Positions 1 through 10,439 of a stretch of DNA of 64,000 nucleotides are shown piece after piece. A program made the position numbers and the translations under genes. Source of the stretch: a virus (taxonomy: Duplodnaviria; Caudoviricetes); IMG/VR virus record IMGVR_UViG_3300042881_004206. One strand, given 5' to 3'. Position 1 is the first letter of the stretch. Each line of letters begins with the position of its first letter. The notes below the pieces were generated by a model, which saw nothing but the letters and a program-made list of their open reading frames with translations, was not told the DNA's origin and did no database searches.

Positions 1-2
1 AC

Positions 3-1442
3 TCAAAGAATGCTGATGCAAATACTTCCGTAACTAATGTACAAGTAAAAAATGAAGATGTTTTTGAGGTCTCTTATTTAAATAACACAAATTCGAACAA
101 CTATGGCGCATTCATGGCAAGATATCCAGGTGCGTTAGGAAATTCGTTAACAATTGAAGTATTTGACAGTTCAAATACCACTCTGTTCAATGCTTGGTCT
201 TATAAAAACTATTTCACAGCAGCTCCAGGCACTTCAGATTATGCATCTTCAGTAAACGGAAGCAATGATGAAATGCATATTATTGTTGTTGACACAGGTG
301 GTTTATTCACCGGTGCCGCCGGTACAGTGTTAGAAACATACCCATTTGTTTCAAAAGCTGTCGATGCAACAATCAACGGAACAACCAATTACTATAAACA
401 GTTAATATTCAATAACTCAAATTATATTTTTGCAACCGATCCAGTTGACTATGCAAACACAAACGCAACTTGGGGTCTGTCGGCGGCAAACACAACTTTT
501 GCTCGCACATCAACATCCACCGTTTCGGTAACATTATCAAACGGAACAGATGAGACACCAAGTTCATCAAACTTACATACAGCTTTTGATCTATTCAGTA
601 ACAAAGAAACTATAGATATTTCTTTGGTATTGACTGGAGATGCTCCTTATGCAACACAACAACATGTGATTGATAACATTGTTTCTGTTCGCAAAGATTG
701 TGTAGCGTTTGTTTCTCCTCCTTATTCTTCAGTTGTCAATCAAGCTGGAAACGAAACATCAAATATTCAAAGCTGGTTGAATAGTTTGAATAGATCTTCA
801 TCTTATGTTGTTGCGGATTCTGGTTGGAAATATCAGTTTGACAAATACAACAATGTGTATCGTTGGATACCGATGAACGGTGATATTGCTGGACTCTGTG
901 TGTATACCGACACAATCAAAGATCCTTGGTTCTCTCCAGCCGGTTTCAACCGTGGTGCAATCAAAAATTGCATCAAGTTGGCATGGAATCCAAACAAAAC
1001 GAGTCGGGATGTTCTATATTCAGCCGGCGTAAATCCAGTAGTTTCTTTCCCAGGCCAAGGAACAGTACTGTTTGGAGATAAGACACTGCAATCAAAACCT
1101 TCTGCTTTCGACAGAATTAATGTTCGTAGACTGTTCTTGGTATTAGAGAAGGCAATTTCAAATGCTGCTCAATACTCGTTGTTTGAATTAAACGATGAAT
1201 TCACAAGAGCTCAGTTTGTATCTTTGGTAACTCCATTCTTGCGAGATGTTCAAGGTCGCCGTGGTATTACTGATTTCAAGATTGTTTGTGACAGAACAAA
1301 TAATACCGCACAAGTTATCGACAGCAATCGTTTTGTTGGTGACATTTATATCAAGCCTGCTCGTTCAACCAACTACATTCAGCTGAACTTCGTTGCCGTT
1401 GGAACAGGTGTCGACTTCACAACAATCGTTGGTGCGGCCTAA
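3..1442 (+). CDS. gp18: Tail sheath protein (5'-truncated by window edge)
   Basis: Frame is open from nt 3. C-terminus WFSPAGFNRG...GTVLFGDKT...FDRINVRRLF is typical of T4-like sheath; directly upstream of tail tube. Confidence 0.97.
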   Translation, partial: SKNADANTSVTNVQVKNEDVFEVSYLNNTNSNNYGAFMARYPGALGNSLTIEVFDSSNTTLFNAWSYKNYFTAAPGTSDYASSVNGSNDEMHIIVVDTGGLFTGAAGTVLETYPFVSKAVDATINGTTNYYKQLIFNNSNYIFATDPVDYANTNATWGLSAANTTFARTSTSTVSVTLSNGTDETPSSSNLHTAFDLFSNKETIDISLVLTGDAPYATQQHVIDNIVSVRKDCVAFVSPPYSSVVNQAGNETSNIQSWLNSLNRSSSYVVADSGWKYQFDKYNNVYRWIPMNGDIAGLCVYTDTIKDPWFSPAGFNRGAIKNCIKLAWNPNKTSRDVLYSAGVNPVVSFPGQGTVLFGDKTLQSKPSAFDRINVRRLFLVLEKAISNAAQYSLFELNDEFTRAQFVSLVTPFLRDVQGRRGITDFKIVCDRTNNTAQVIDSNRFVGDIYIKPARSTNYIQLNFVAVGTGVDFTTIVGAA

Positions 1443-1469
1443 TAAATAAAACGATAACAGGAGAAAATA

Positions 1470-2012
1470 ATGGCATTTAACGTAGCAGAATTTAGAGCAA
1501 ATATGATTGGTGACGGTGCTCGTCCCAATCTATTCTCTGTGTCTCTAGTTTTTCCAACAGTCGCAACGAACTCAACTGCAGCCGGTCAGAAAGTAACATT
1601 CATGGCCAAAGCGGCACAGTTACCAGGTTCAACAATTGGTACTGTACCAGTCTTTTACTTTGGTCGCGAAATGAAATTTCCTGGTAACAGAAGTTTTGCT
1701 GATTGGACATTGACAATCATCAACGATGAAGACTTTGTTGTTCGCAATTCATTAGAATCTTGGTTGAATGCAATCAATAGTCACTCAACTAATGTTCGCA
1801 ATAATGTTGCACAAAATTCAACAGGTTATTCGGTTGATGCTTTGGTTACACAATATGGCAAAACTGGCGAAACATTAAAGACTTACAAGTTTGTTGGCTT
1901 ATTCCCTGTCGATGTTGCTCCAATTGATTTAGATTGGGCTTCAAATGATACAATCGAAGAATATACGGCAACCTTTGCATATCAGTGGTGGGAAACAAAT
2001 ACTACTACTTAA
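1470..2012 (+). CDS. gp19: Tail tube protein
   Basis: GARPNLF, GREMKFPGNRSFADWTLTIINDEDF and IEEYTATFAYQWW motifs; follows sheath. Late-promoter-like AATAAATA at 1441-1448. Confidence 0.96.
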   Translation: MAFNVAEFRANMIGDGARPNLFSVSLVFPTVATNSTAAGQKVTFMAKAAQLPGSTIGTVPVFYFGREMKFPGNRSFADWTLTIINDEDFVVRNSLESWLNAINSHSTNVRNNVAQNSTGYSVDALVTQYGKTGETLKTYKFVGLFPVDVAPIDLDWASNDTIEEYTATFAYQWWETNTTT

Positions 2013-2027
2013 TTGTTATATAATTCT

Positions 2028-2050
2028 GGAGGGCATTTTGCCCTCCTTTA
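2028..2050 (+). terminator. Intrinsic terminator after gp19
   Basis: GGAGGGCA-ttt-TGCCCTCC stem followed by T-rich tract. Confidence 0.75.
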
Positions 2051-2085
2051 TGTTTTTGTGATTTTGTAATTGAAAAGAAAGAAAT

Positions 2086-3777
2086 ATGGCAACAAATAAT
2101 AAATTTTCTCTGTTCGGATTCACTATATCCCGTGACAAGGATAGTGAAGAAGTACAGGCTGTTCAACAATCTTTTGCACCACCGGCTGCGGACGATGGGG
2201 CATTAACAATACAATCTGCTGCCTATTATGGTACCTATGTTGATTTAGATGGTACCGCAAAAAATGAAGTCGAGTTAATATCTCGTTATCGTGAAATGGC
2301 AATGCAACCAGAAATTGAATCGGCAATCGATGATATTGTTAATGAAGCTATCTGTCAAGACGATGATGGTAAAATTATTGATATTGTTTTAGATAATTTG
2401 AAACAACCTGATCGTATTAAGAAAGCAATCAAAGAAGAATTTCAAACCGTTTTGCGTCTTTTAAATTATAATAATATGGCGCAAGATATGTTTAGAAGAT
2501 ACTATATTGACGGTCGTATGTTTTATCATATTATTATTGATAAGACAGCACCTGATCAAGGTATCAAAGAATTGCGTTATATTGATCCACGCAAACTCCG
2601 TAAAGTGCGAGAAATCAGAAAACAAAAAGATGAACGCACCGGTGTGGAAACAATGAAAACAATTAATGAGTATTACATTTATAATGATAAAGTAGTTTCA
2701 GGTAGTTCTTCAAATTATGGACCAGTTGGTGTACGCATAACAACAGATTCTATTATTTCTGTTGTTTCTGGATTAATGGATTCACGCCGTGCAGTTGTAC
2801 TTTCTTATCTGCACAAGGCAATTAAACCATTGAACCAATTGCGCATGATTGAAGATGCTACTGTTATTTACCGTATTTCACGCGCACCGGAAAGAAGAAT
2901 ATTCTATATTGATGTAGGTAATCTGCCCAAATTAAAGGCGGAACAATATCTTCGTGACATTATGATTAAGTATAAAAATAAACTTGTATATGATGCAAAC
3001 ACCGGTGAAGTACGAGATGACCGTAAATTCCTGTCAATGATGGAAGACTTCTGGTTACCGCGCAGAGAAGGTGGCAAAGGCACAGAAATCACAACATTAC
3101 CAGGCGGTCAAAACTTGGGTGAATTGGAAGATGTTAAATATTTCGAAAAGAAACTATATAAATCATTAAATGTACCTGTATCTAGACTGGAACCAAATCA
3201 AGGTTTTTCTATTGGTCGGGTTGCCGAAGTTACAAGAGATGAACTAAAGTTTTCAAAATTTGTCGATAGATTACGCAATAAGTTTTCGGATGTATTTGAC
3301 CAAGCACTTAGAGTGCAGTGTGTTTTAAAAGGAATATGTACAGCCGAAGAATGGGATATTTTTAAAGAATACATATACTATGATTTTATTAAAGACAATA
3401 ATTTTTCTGAATTAAAAGAAGCAGAATTAATGACAAACAGATTGCAACTTTTAAGTTCAATCGATGCATATACAGGTCGTTATTTCTCTCAAAAATGGAT
3501 TCAGAGAAATGTATTGCGTTTAACTGACGATCAAATTAAAGAAATGCAATCTGAAATAGATAAAGAAAAACAAGAAGGTTTAGGTTTACCGACTGAAGTT
3601 ACTAACCAAGTCGCTCAAGCACAAATGATGGGTCAAGTAGAATTGGAACAACAAGCTCAAACGGCAGAAATTCAATCTGATACACAAAATAGACAAACAC
3701 AGCAACAAGTTCAACAAAAACCTGAAGCTGATTTGAAGCTAGAGAATACCTTTAGTAAATTGAAACGTATATTATAA
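2086..3777 (+). CDS. gp20: Portal vertex protein
   Basis: YLHKAIKPLNQLRMIEDATVIYRISRAPERRIFYIDVGNLPK and EDFWLPRREGGKGTEITTLPGGQNLG are hallmark gp20 motifs. Confidence 0.98.
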   Translation: MATNNKFSLFGFTISRDKDSEEVQAVQQSFAPPAADDGALTIQSAAYYGTYVDLDGTAKNEVELISRYREMAMQPEIESAIDDIVNEAICQDDDGKIIDIVLDNLKQPDRIKKAIKEEFQTVLRLLNYNNMAQDMFRRYYIDGRMFYHIIIDKTAPDQGIKELRYIDPRKLRKVREIRKQKDERTGVETMKTINEYYIYNDKVVSGSSSNYGPVGVRITTDSIISVVSGLMDSRRAVVLSYLHKAIKPLNQLRMIEDATVIYRISRAPERRIFYIDVGNLPKLKAEQYLRDIMIKYKNKLVYDANTGEVRDDRKFLSMMEDFWLPRREGGKGTEITTLPGGQNLGELEDVKYFEKKLYKSLNVPVSRLEPNQGFSIGRVAEVTRDELKFSKFVDRLRNKFSDVFDQALRVQCVLKGICTAEEWDIFKEYIYYDFIKDNNFSELKEAELMTNRLQLLSSIDAYTGRYFSQKWIQRNVLRLTDDQIKEMQSEIDKEKQEGLGLPTEVTNQVAQAQMMGQVELEQQAQTAEIQSDTQNRQTQQQVQQKPEADLKLENTFSKLKRIL

Positions 3778-3787
3778 GGAGTTAAAA

Positions 3788-3985
3788 ATGCCAAATACAC
3801 GAGCTATTATAGATTATGCTTTCGAAGATGATGCAAAAAATATGAGAGATGCATTTTATGCGGCTCTACAAGATAAAGTTTTGAATCATATTGAAACACA
3901 CAAAATTGAAGTTGCCAAAAATTTTTTCTCCAAGCCAGAAGAAACAATAGAAGTCGATACTGATACCAGTGGCGAACAACAATAA
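3788..3985 (+). CDS. Small acidic prohead core protein (gp67-like)
   Basis: 65 aa, acidic tail, between portal and protease; called by position. Confidence 0.6.
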   Translation: MPNTRAIIDYAFEDDAKNMRDAFYAALQDKVLNHIETHKIEVAKNFFSKPEETIEVDTDTSGEQQ

Positions 3986-3997
3986 TAGGAAATAAAA

Positions 3998-4537
3998 ATG
4001 CCAAATAGATTTTCTTATCAAGTATTAAAAGATGATACGCAATTTGCTGTTATCAAATTGACCGGAGAATTTGATGGTTCCGGTCAAGAAGATAATGTTC
4101 GTAGAATTCAAGCAAACACACTTTCTGGTGCAATGGATACATCGAAAGCGAATTTATTGTCATCGGCAGCCAACACTGGTGCATTACCATACTATGGTTT
4201 GTCTATAACTCGTTGTTGGTTTGAAACTGATACCAGTGGCGGTGATGTACAATTATATTGGGCAAATAACATAAGCGCCACGGCTGCTGATGGTGTTCCA
4301 ATCTTTTTATTGCAAGGTGGTGGCGAGTATGACATAACCGGAAGTTGGTCTTCAATGCACAATCCTACAGTAACGGCAAACAACAATGGTGATATTGCTA
4401 TTCGCACAAGAGGTCAGGTTGCCAACTCTAGTTACACTATTGTTTTAGAATTGCGCAAAGACAATGCACACTATCAGCGCGGTCAGTTCAACGATCCTGC
4501 TGCCTTCAACTACGGATCTTACGGAGTAAGGCCATGA
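3998..4537 (+). CDS. Hypothetical protein in head operon
   Basis: 179-aa ORF with AGGA RBS; ATGA overlap with gp21; beta-rich composition; no recognised motif. Confidence 0.6.
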   Translation: MPNRFSYQVLKDDTQFAVIKLTGEFDGSGQEDNVRRIQANTLSGAMDTSKANLLSSAANTGALPYYGLSITRCWFETDTSGGDVQLYWANNISATAADGVPIFLLQGGGEYDITGSWSSMHNPTVTANNNGDIAIRTRGQVANSSYTIVLELRKDNAHYQRGQFNDPAAFNYGSYGVRP

Positions 4538-5178
4538 AATTAATTAAAGAAGTTACCGAATCGGTCAATTATTTGACCGAGGAAAAAGACGGAAAAAAGT
4601 TCCTTTACATTGAAGGTCCTTTTTTGGTCTCTGAAAAAGTTAATCGTAACGGTCGCATGTATAAAGAAGAAACCATGCATAAAGAAGTAGAACGTTACAC
4701 TGAAGAATACATTAATAAAAACCGTGCCTTTGGTGAACTGGGTCATCCAGACACCCCATCTATTAATCTCGACCGTGTATCACACTTAATTGTTGGATTA
4801 CGCAAAGAGGGATCAGAGTGGATAGGCAAAGCGAAAATTCTTGAAACACCCATGGGCAATATCGCTCGTCAAATTATCGAAGGTGGTGGCCAAGTCGGCG
4901 TATCATCTAGAGGTTTGGGTTCATTAAAAACCGTTAACGGTGTTAATATAGTTCAAGATGATTTTCATCTAGCCACAGCGGCAGATATCGTAGCAGATCC
5001 TTCTGCACCCGGAGCATTCGTTCAAGGTATTATGGAAGGCAAAGAGTGGATGATGGTGAATGATGTTTGGACTGAAGTTCAGTATGAAGAAGCAAGAAAA
5101 CAAATTCGTCAAGCTTCTCGTAAAGAGATTGAACAAGTAAGTTTAAAGATATTCGAAAACTTCATCAAAAAACTCTAA
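4534..5178 (+). CDS. gp21: Prohead core protease
   Basis: NRNGRMY, AFGELGHP, GVSSRGLGS and DIVADPSAPGAFV catalytic motifs. Confidence 0.97.
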   Translation: MKLIKEVTESVNYLTEEKDGKKFLYIEGPFLVSEKVNRNGRMYKEETMHKEVERYTEEYINKNRAFGELGHPDTPSINLDRVSHLIVGLRKEGSEWIGKAKILETPMGNIARQIIEGGGQVGVSSRGLGSLKTVNGVNIVQDDFHLATAADIVADPSAPGAFVQGIMEGKEWMMVNDVWTEVQYEEARKQIRQASRKEIEQVSLKIFENFIKKL

Positions 5179-5179
5179 T

Positions 5180-5187
5180 TATAAATA
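5180..5187 (+). promoter_or_regulatory. T4-type late promoter TATAAATA
   Basis: Exact gp55 consensus upstream of gp22. Confidence 0.8.
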
Positions 5188-5216
5188 TCCAATATAAAAT
5201 TAAGGAGATTCTCAAA

Positions 5217-6491
5217 ATGGGAAAATTTAATCTGACAGATGCCGCTAAAGCAGTTTTAATCGAAGATGCAAAGTCATCATTCGATTCTAATGTTGCTTCC
5301 AAAAAAGGTGGCCAAGACAAGCCAGCCAAATTAGCAGCCGCTGTTGCATATGGCACAAAGGATGCAGGTAAGGTTGGTGATTCACCTGAGAAAGAGGATG
5401 ATGCAAATCCTGATTTCACAAAGGGCACACCTTCTGCTACCCCACCTGGTGCAACACCACCAGTAGGTGCTCAACCTATGGCAAAATTAGGTGGTCAGCC
5501 TGGTGAATCTGCAGGCGCAGAACACAAAGCTGTTCAAGAGCCTGCCACAGACTATTCTGCCATTCGTGACAGAATCAAGGCTAAATTAGCAAAGCAAACC
5601 ATGCAAGCTAATCCTGGCGCCGTAGCTCCTTATGTTCCAGAAGAAACTGAACAAGAAGGTGAATTGGTTTCGGAAGCCGAAAAAGAAAAAGAACACGAAG
5701 ATGAAGCTCAAGACAAAGCTCTCATCAAGAAAATGATGAAAAAAGAAAAGATGAAAGAGAAGATGAAAGAAGATGTTGATGCCCTTCTTTCTGGTGAAAA
5801 TCTTTCTGAAGAATTCGTTTCTAAGGCCACTACAATTTTTGAAGCTGCCGTCATTGCACGGTCACAAGCTATCGTAGAAGAAATTGAGAATGCTTTGACA
5901 GAAGAATTCGAAGTCGCTGTTGAAGAAGTCAAGAATGAGTTGGCTTCCAAACTAGACGATTATATTGGTTATATGGCGGAAGAATGGTTCAAAGAGAATC
6001 AATTGGCTATCGAGTCTGGTCTGCGTTCTGAAATCGTAGAAGACTTTATGGAAGGCCTACACAACCTGTTCAACGAACACTACATTGACATTCCAGAGGA
6101 AAAAGTTAATGTTGTTGAAGAATTGACCGACCGTGTTGTTGAATTGGAAGAATCTCTCAATCAAGAAATTCTGGCCGCAGTAGAACTACGCAAGGAATTA
6201 AACGAACACAAAAAAATTGAGGCCGTACATGCAGTATGTGAAGGCCTAACGCAGACTCAGGTAGAAAAACTAAAAGCGCTCGCAGAGGGTGTAGAGTTCA
6301 CTACTGAGGAAGAATTCATTGGCAAACTGGAAACACTAGTTGAGTCTTATTTCCAGACCCCAGTTAAAGCCGCCGAATCTTCTGCACTCAACGAGGAAGT
6401 TGAAATCGAAGAAGACAAGAAAATAAATGTTTCTGTCGATCCATCGGTTCAACATTACGCACAAATCATTTCTAAAACATTGGTAAAATAA
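5217..6491 (+). CDS. gp22: Prohead scaffold protein
   Basis: Acidic coiled coil with KATTIFEAAV, LDDYIGYMAEEWFKEN and EHYIDIPEEKV; between gp21 and gp23. Confidence 0.93.
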   Translation: MGKFNLTDAAKAVLIEDAKSSFDSNVASKKGGQDKPAKLAAAVAYGTKDAGKVGDSPEKEDDANPDFTKGTPSATPPGATPPVGAQPMAKLGGQPGESAGAEHKAVQEPATDYSAIRDRIKAKLAKQTMQANPGAVAPYVPEETEQEGELVSEAEKEKEHEDEAQDKALIKKMMKKEKMKEKMKEDVDALLSGENLSEEFVSKATTIFEAAVIARSQAIVEEIENALTEEFEVAVEEVKNELASKLDDYIGYMAEEWFKENQLAIESGLRSEIVEDFMEGLHNLFNEHYIDIPEEKVNVVEELTDRVVELEESLNQEILAAVELRKELNEHKKIEAVHAVCEGLTQTQVEKLKALAEGVEFTTEEEFIGKLETLVESYFQTPVKAAESSALNEEVEIEEDKKINVSVDPSVQHYAQIISKTLVK

Positions 6492-6532
6492 ATAAAATTT
6501 ACCATAATAGATACCTATAAGGAGATAACTAA

Positions 6533-7873
6533 ATGTATCTAACTGAAGAACTGCAAAAGAAATGGCAACCTGTTCTGGATCATCCAGAACTGGATGCTAT
6601 CAAGGATCCATACAAGAAAGCAGTTACTGCTCTTGTTCTGGAGAACCAACAGCGTGAAATGTCTGCAGCTGCACAGCAACTGAACGAAGCTACTGCTGCA
6701 GCACCAACAAACGTTGCAGGTGGTGTTTCTAACTACGATCCAATCTTAATCAGCCTGGTTCGTCGTGCTCTGCCTAACCTGATTGCTTATGACGTTGCTG
6801 GCGTTCAGCCAATGACAGGTCCTACAGGCCTGATCTTCGCAATGCGCGCTCGTTACAATGCTCAGTCCGGTGCTCCTTCGAACACCAACGAAGCTTTCTT
6901 CAACGAAGCTAATACCATTTTCTCTGGTACTGGTTCTTCTGCTAACCCATACGGCTTCCGTGGTAATAACGCTACTGACGTTGTTACTAACGCTGGTGCT
7001 GATCTGACTGCTAACAGTTATACAACTGGTATTGGTCTGCCAACATCAACTGCTGAAGGTCTGGGTGCAGATGGCAATCCTGCTTTCCAACAAATGGCAT
7101 TCAGCATTGAGAAGGTTACCGTTACCGCTCAATCACGCGCACTGAAGGCTGAGTATTCGTTAGAACTGGCACAAGACCTGAAGGCAATTCACGGTCTGGA
7201 TGCCGAGACAGAACTGTCTAACATTCTGTCTACAGAAATTCTGGCTGAAATCAACCGCGAAGTTATCCGTACAATCTATGCAACTGCTGTTGCTGGTGCT
7301 CAGTACGGTACAACAACTGCTGGTGCTTTCGACCTGGATACCGATTCTAACGGCCGTTGGTCTGTTGAGCGCTTCAAGGGTCTGATTTTCCAAATCGAGC
7401 GTGACGCTAACGTCATTGCCAAGCAGACTCGTAGAGGCAAGGGTAACGTTCTGATCGTTTCGTCAGACGTTGCTTCTGCTATGGCTATGGCTGGTGTTCT
7501 TTCTTATACACCTGCTCTGTCTGCTGACCTGCAAGTAGATGACACTGGCAATACATTTGCTGGTCTGCTGCATGGCCGCATCAAGGTTTACATCGATCCA
7601 TATTTCGGTGGTTATACATCTAATCAAGAACTGGTAACAGTTGGTTATAAGGGTACTTCTCCTTATGACGCTGGTCTGTTCTACTGCCCATACGTTCCTC
7701 TACAGATGGTTCGTGCAGTTGATCAGTTCACATTCCAGCCAAAGATTGGTTTCAAGACCCGTTATGGCATGGTTGCAAACCCATTTGCAACTGGTCTGAC
7801 AAGCGGCAACGGTGCTCTGAACGCTCGTTCGAACGTTTACTATCGCATCTTCGCTGTCAAGAACCTGATGTAA
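6533..7873 (+). CDS. gp23: Major capsid protein
   Basis: VQPMTGPTGLIFAMR, RALKAEYSLELAQDLKAIHGLDAETEL and YCPYVPLQM motifs; probable maturation site LNE/A. Confidence 0.99.
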   Translation: MYLTEELQKKWQPVLDHPELDAIKDPYKKAVTALVLENQQREMSAAAQQLNEATAAAPTNVAGGVSNYDPILISLVRRALPNLIAYDVAGVQPMTGPTGLIFAMRARYNAQSGAPSNTNEAFFNEANTIFSGTGSSANPYGFRGNNATDVVTNAGADLTANSYTTGIGLPTSTAEGLGADGNPAFQQMAFSIEKVTVTAQSRALKAEYSLELAQDLKAIHGLDAETELSNILSTEILAEINREVIRTIYATAVAGAQYGTTTAGAFDLDTDSNGRWSVERFKGLIFQIERDANVIAKQTRRGKGNVLIVSSDVASAMAMAGVLSYTPALSADLQVDDTGNTFAGLLHGRIKVYIDPYFGGYTSNQELVTVGYKGTSPYDAGLFYCPYVPLQMVRAVDQFTFQPKIGFKTRYGMVANPFATGLTSGNGALNARSNVYYRIFAVKNLM

Positions 7874-7903
7874 TTTTTGAGTCACCGCAGAGTGACACTT
7901 CAA

Positions 7904-7931
7904 AGGGGGCACTTCGGTGCCCTCTTTTTTT
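7904..7931 (+). terminator. Intrinsic terminator after gp23 (UUCG loop)
   Basis: AGGGGGCAC-TTCG-GTGCCCTCT followed by T run. Confidence 0.88.
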
Positions 7932-7961
7932 ATCTCCTAAATACCTACAAAGGAGATTCAT

Positions 7962-8471
7962 ATGACTGCTCTGAATAGAAATCCGCAGAACACCAATCCA
8001 TTACAACCAACAAAATTTCTTCTGACTTTCAGTAGAATATCCGATGTACAATATTTTTGTCAATCCGTAAACATACCAGGTGTTGGTCTAGGTGAAGTCG
8101 ATTATGTTACACCATTTTTGGATATATTTTTACCAGGCACCAAACTGAATTACGAACCATTGGAGATTGAATTTATAATAGATGAAGAACTGGCTTCATG
8201 GAAAAACCTATACAACTGGTTCACTTCCATTGCAGATCCAGATGGTTTCGAGAAGCGAGGTGTAAGTCAAGAGATTCAATATAGAAAACATTATTCTGAT
8301 GCAACCTTAACAGTATTGAGTGCATTAAATAATCCACTATTGCGTGTAGAATTCGCAAATATCTTTCCACTGACAATGAGTGATATCACTTTTGATACCA
8401 GATTATCTTCAGACACAATCATTACCGGAAGAGCAACATTTAGATACCAGTCATACAAATATTTGACATAA
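7962..8471 (+). CDS. gp3: Tail tube terminator / tail completion protein
   Basis: YFCQSVNIPG, YEPLEIEFIIDEEL..W and FANIFP; position after gp23. Confidence 0.85.
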   Translation: MTALNRNPQNTNPLQPTKFLLTFSRISDVQYFCQSVNIPGVGLGEVDYVTPFLDIFLPGTKLNYEPLEIEFIIDEELASWKNLYNWFTSIADPDGFEKRGVSQEIQYRKHYSDATLTVLSALNNPLLRVEFANIFPLTMSDITFDTRLSSDTIITGRATFRYQSYKYLT

Positions 8472-8491
8472 TTTATATTGTATGTTATAAT
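8463..8491 (+). promoter_or_regulatory. Sigma70-type promoter for uvsY-uvsW
   Basis: TTGACA-17 nt-TATAAT with extended TG. Confidence 0.75.
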
Positions 8492-8515
8492 GGAATTTTA
8501 TAATTGTAATTTATT

Positions 8516-8947
8516 ATGGAACTTGAAAAAATTCTAGAAGAATGGGAAAAAGATGCTGTAATCGATCAGACTGAACCTAGCAAGGAACTGATTCGAATTC
8601 CAATCCTACACAGCAAGTATATCAATGTTTTAGTTAAACACAAGATGGCTTCTAAAAAAGCCAACTTTGATTACCTAAAAATGCGAAAAATAAAGTGGGA
8701 ATACTACACAGGAAAGCTTTCACAAGAAGAACTCGGTGAGTATGGGTGGGAACCTTTTCCTTTTACTCTCAAATCCGACATTAATACATACTTAGAGAGT
8801 GATAAAGATTTAATTCGATTGCTCGAAAAGAAAGTTTATCATGATGAATCTGTCTCAGTAATTGAAGCAATTCTAAACGAATTGAAACAAAGAACATGGC
8901 AATTACGAGACTTTATAAGTTGGGAAAAGTTTATTAATGGCCAATGA
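8516..8947 (+). CDS. uvsY: Recombination mediator UvsY
   Basis: KWEYYTGK, PFPFTLKSDINTYLESD and RTWQLRDFISWEKF; adjacent to uvsW. Confidence 0.92.
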   Translation: MELEKILEEWEKDAVIDQTEPSKELIRIPILHSKYINVLVKHKMASKKANFDYLKMRKIKWEYYTGKLSQEELGEYGWEPFPFTLKSDINTYLESDKDLIRLLEKKVYHDESVSVIEAILNELKQRTWQLRDFISWEKFINGQ

Positions 8948-10439
8948 TATTGTTATAACTAAAAAAGATGAGGTATATGCAAAGATAACCTGTGAGAAAC
9001 ATCTCGCAAAAGAGTTGTCGGAATACTTTACTTTTTTTGTACCGGGTTATCAATTTGTTCCTGCATATAAAAATAAGATTTGGGACGGAAAAATAAGATT
9101 ATTTAACTTACAATCTTATACATTGTACTTAGGATTATTACCGTATCTCAAAGAATTTTGCGAAGAAAGAGAATACACATTTGAATTTGATGAAACGAGA
9201 GCCGATTTAGAAGACGAATTCAGTTTATATCAAGCAAAAAAATTCATAGATTCTCTACAGTTACATTCAAATAATTCACCTATTGAGGTGAGAGAACACC
9301 AACTAAATGCATTCATACATGCAATGCAAAGTCGCCGAGCACTTTTGGTGTCACCCACAGCATCAGGTAAATCACTAATCATTTATCTTTTGTTCAGACA
9401 ATTTTTAGATTATCAGAACCTTAAAGGATTAATCATAGTTCCCACAACATCTTTGGTTGAACAATTATACTCCGATTTTAAAGATTATTCAAGCCACAAT
9501 GGTTTCAATGTTTCAGAAAATGTACACAGGATTTATCAGGGTAAAGAAAAAAATTCTGAAACATCGAAACTATACATATCAACTTGGCAATCACTATATA
9601 ATTTACCTAAAGAATATTTTCAACAATTCGATTACATCATTGGTGATGAAGCACATTTGTTCAAGGCACAGTCACTGACAAACATAATGACCTCTGCAAC
9701 AAAAACAAAATATCGCATAGGTTTAACTGGTACATTAGACGGAACAAAAACACACAAGTTAGTATTAGAAGGACTTTTTGGTTCAGCAGAAAAAGTTATA
9801 TCAACAAAAGAACTTATTGACAAAAAACAACTTGCAGATTTTACAATCAAGTGTCTGATATTAAAACATCCTGACGATGTATGTGAGAAATCAAGAGACT
9901 GGTCTTATCAAGAAGAAATTGAATATCTTATCACATCTGAAAACAGAAATCGTTTTATCAGAAATCTTTCGGTAAGCTTGAATAAAAACACTCTTGTTTT
10001 GTATCAAATGGTTGAAAAACATGGAAAGATATTGTATAATCTAATCAAAGAGAAAGCAACTGATAGAAAGGTATTTTTTGTACACGGTGGTGTTGAAGCT
10101 GAAGATAGAGAAATGATCCGTTCAATTATGGAGAAAGAAAATGATGCTATCATTGTCGCATCTTTTGGTACTTTCAGCACTGGCATTAATATTCGAAATC
10201 TTCATAATATTATATTTGCTAGTCCTTCCAAGTCTAGAGTAAGAAACTTACAATCAATCGGAAGAGGCCTACGACAAAATACAGGAAAAGAAGTTGCAAC
10301 TCTATATGACATTGCTGACGATTTAAGATTTAAAAAACATATGAACTTTACACTCAGACATTTTGTTGAAAGAGTCAAAATATATACAGAGGAAAAGTTT
10401 CCCTTTAAAATTTACAACATAGGGATTAAAAATGGATAA
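8937..10439 (+). CDS. uvsW: SF2 DNA helicase UvsW
   Basis: SPTASGKS, DEAH, GLTGT, GTFSTGIN and QSIGRGLR motifs. Confidence 0.96.
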   Translation: MANDIVITKKDEVYAKITCEKHLAKELSEYFTFFVPGYQFVPAYKNKIWDGKIRLFNLQSYTLYLGLLPYLKEFCEEREYTFEFDETRADLEDEFSLYQAKKFIDSLQLHSNNSPIEVREHQLNAFIHAMQSRRALLVSPTASGKSLIIYLLFRQFLDYQNLKGLIIVPTTSLVEQLYSDFKDYSSHNGFNVSENVHRIYQGKEKNSETSKLYISTWQSLYNLPKEYFQQFDYIIGDEAHLFKAQSLTNIMTSATKTKYRIGLTGTLDGTKTHKLVLEGLFGSAEKVISTKELIDKKQLADFTIKCLILKHPDDVCEKSRDWSYQEEIEYLITSENRNRFIRNLSVSLNKNTLVLYQMVEKHGKILYNLIKEKATDRKVFFVHGGVEAEDREMIRSIMEKENDAIIVASFGTFSTGINIRNLHNIIFASPSKSRVRNLQSIGRGLRQNTGKEVATLYDIADDLRFKKHMNFTLRHFVERVKIYTEEKFPFKIYNIGIKNG

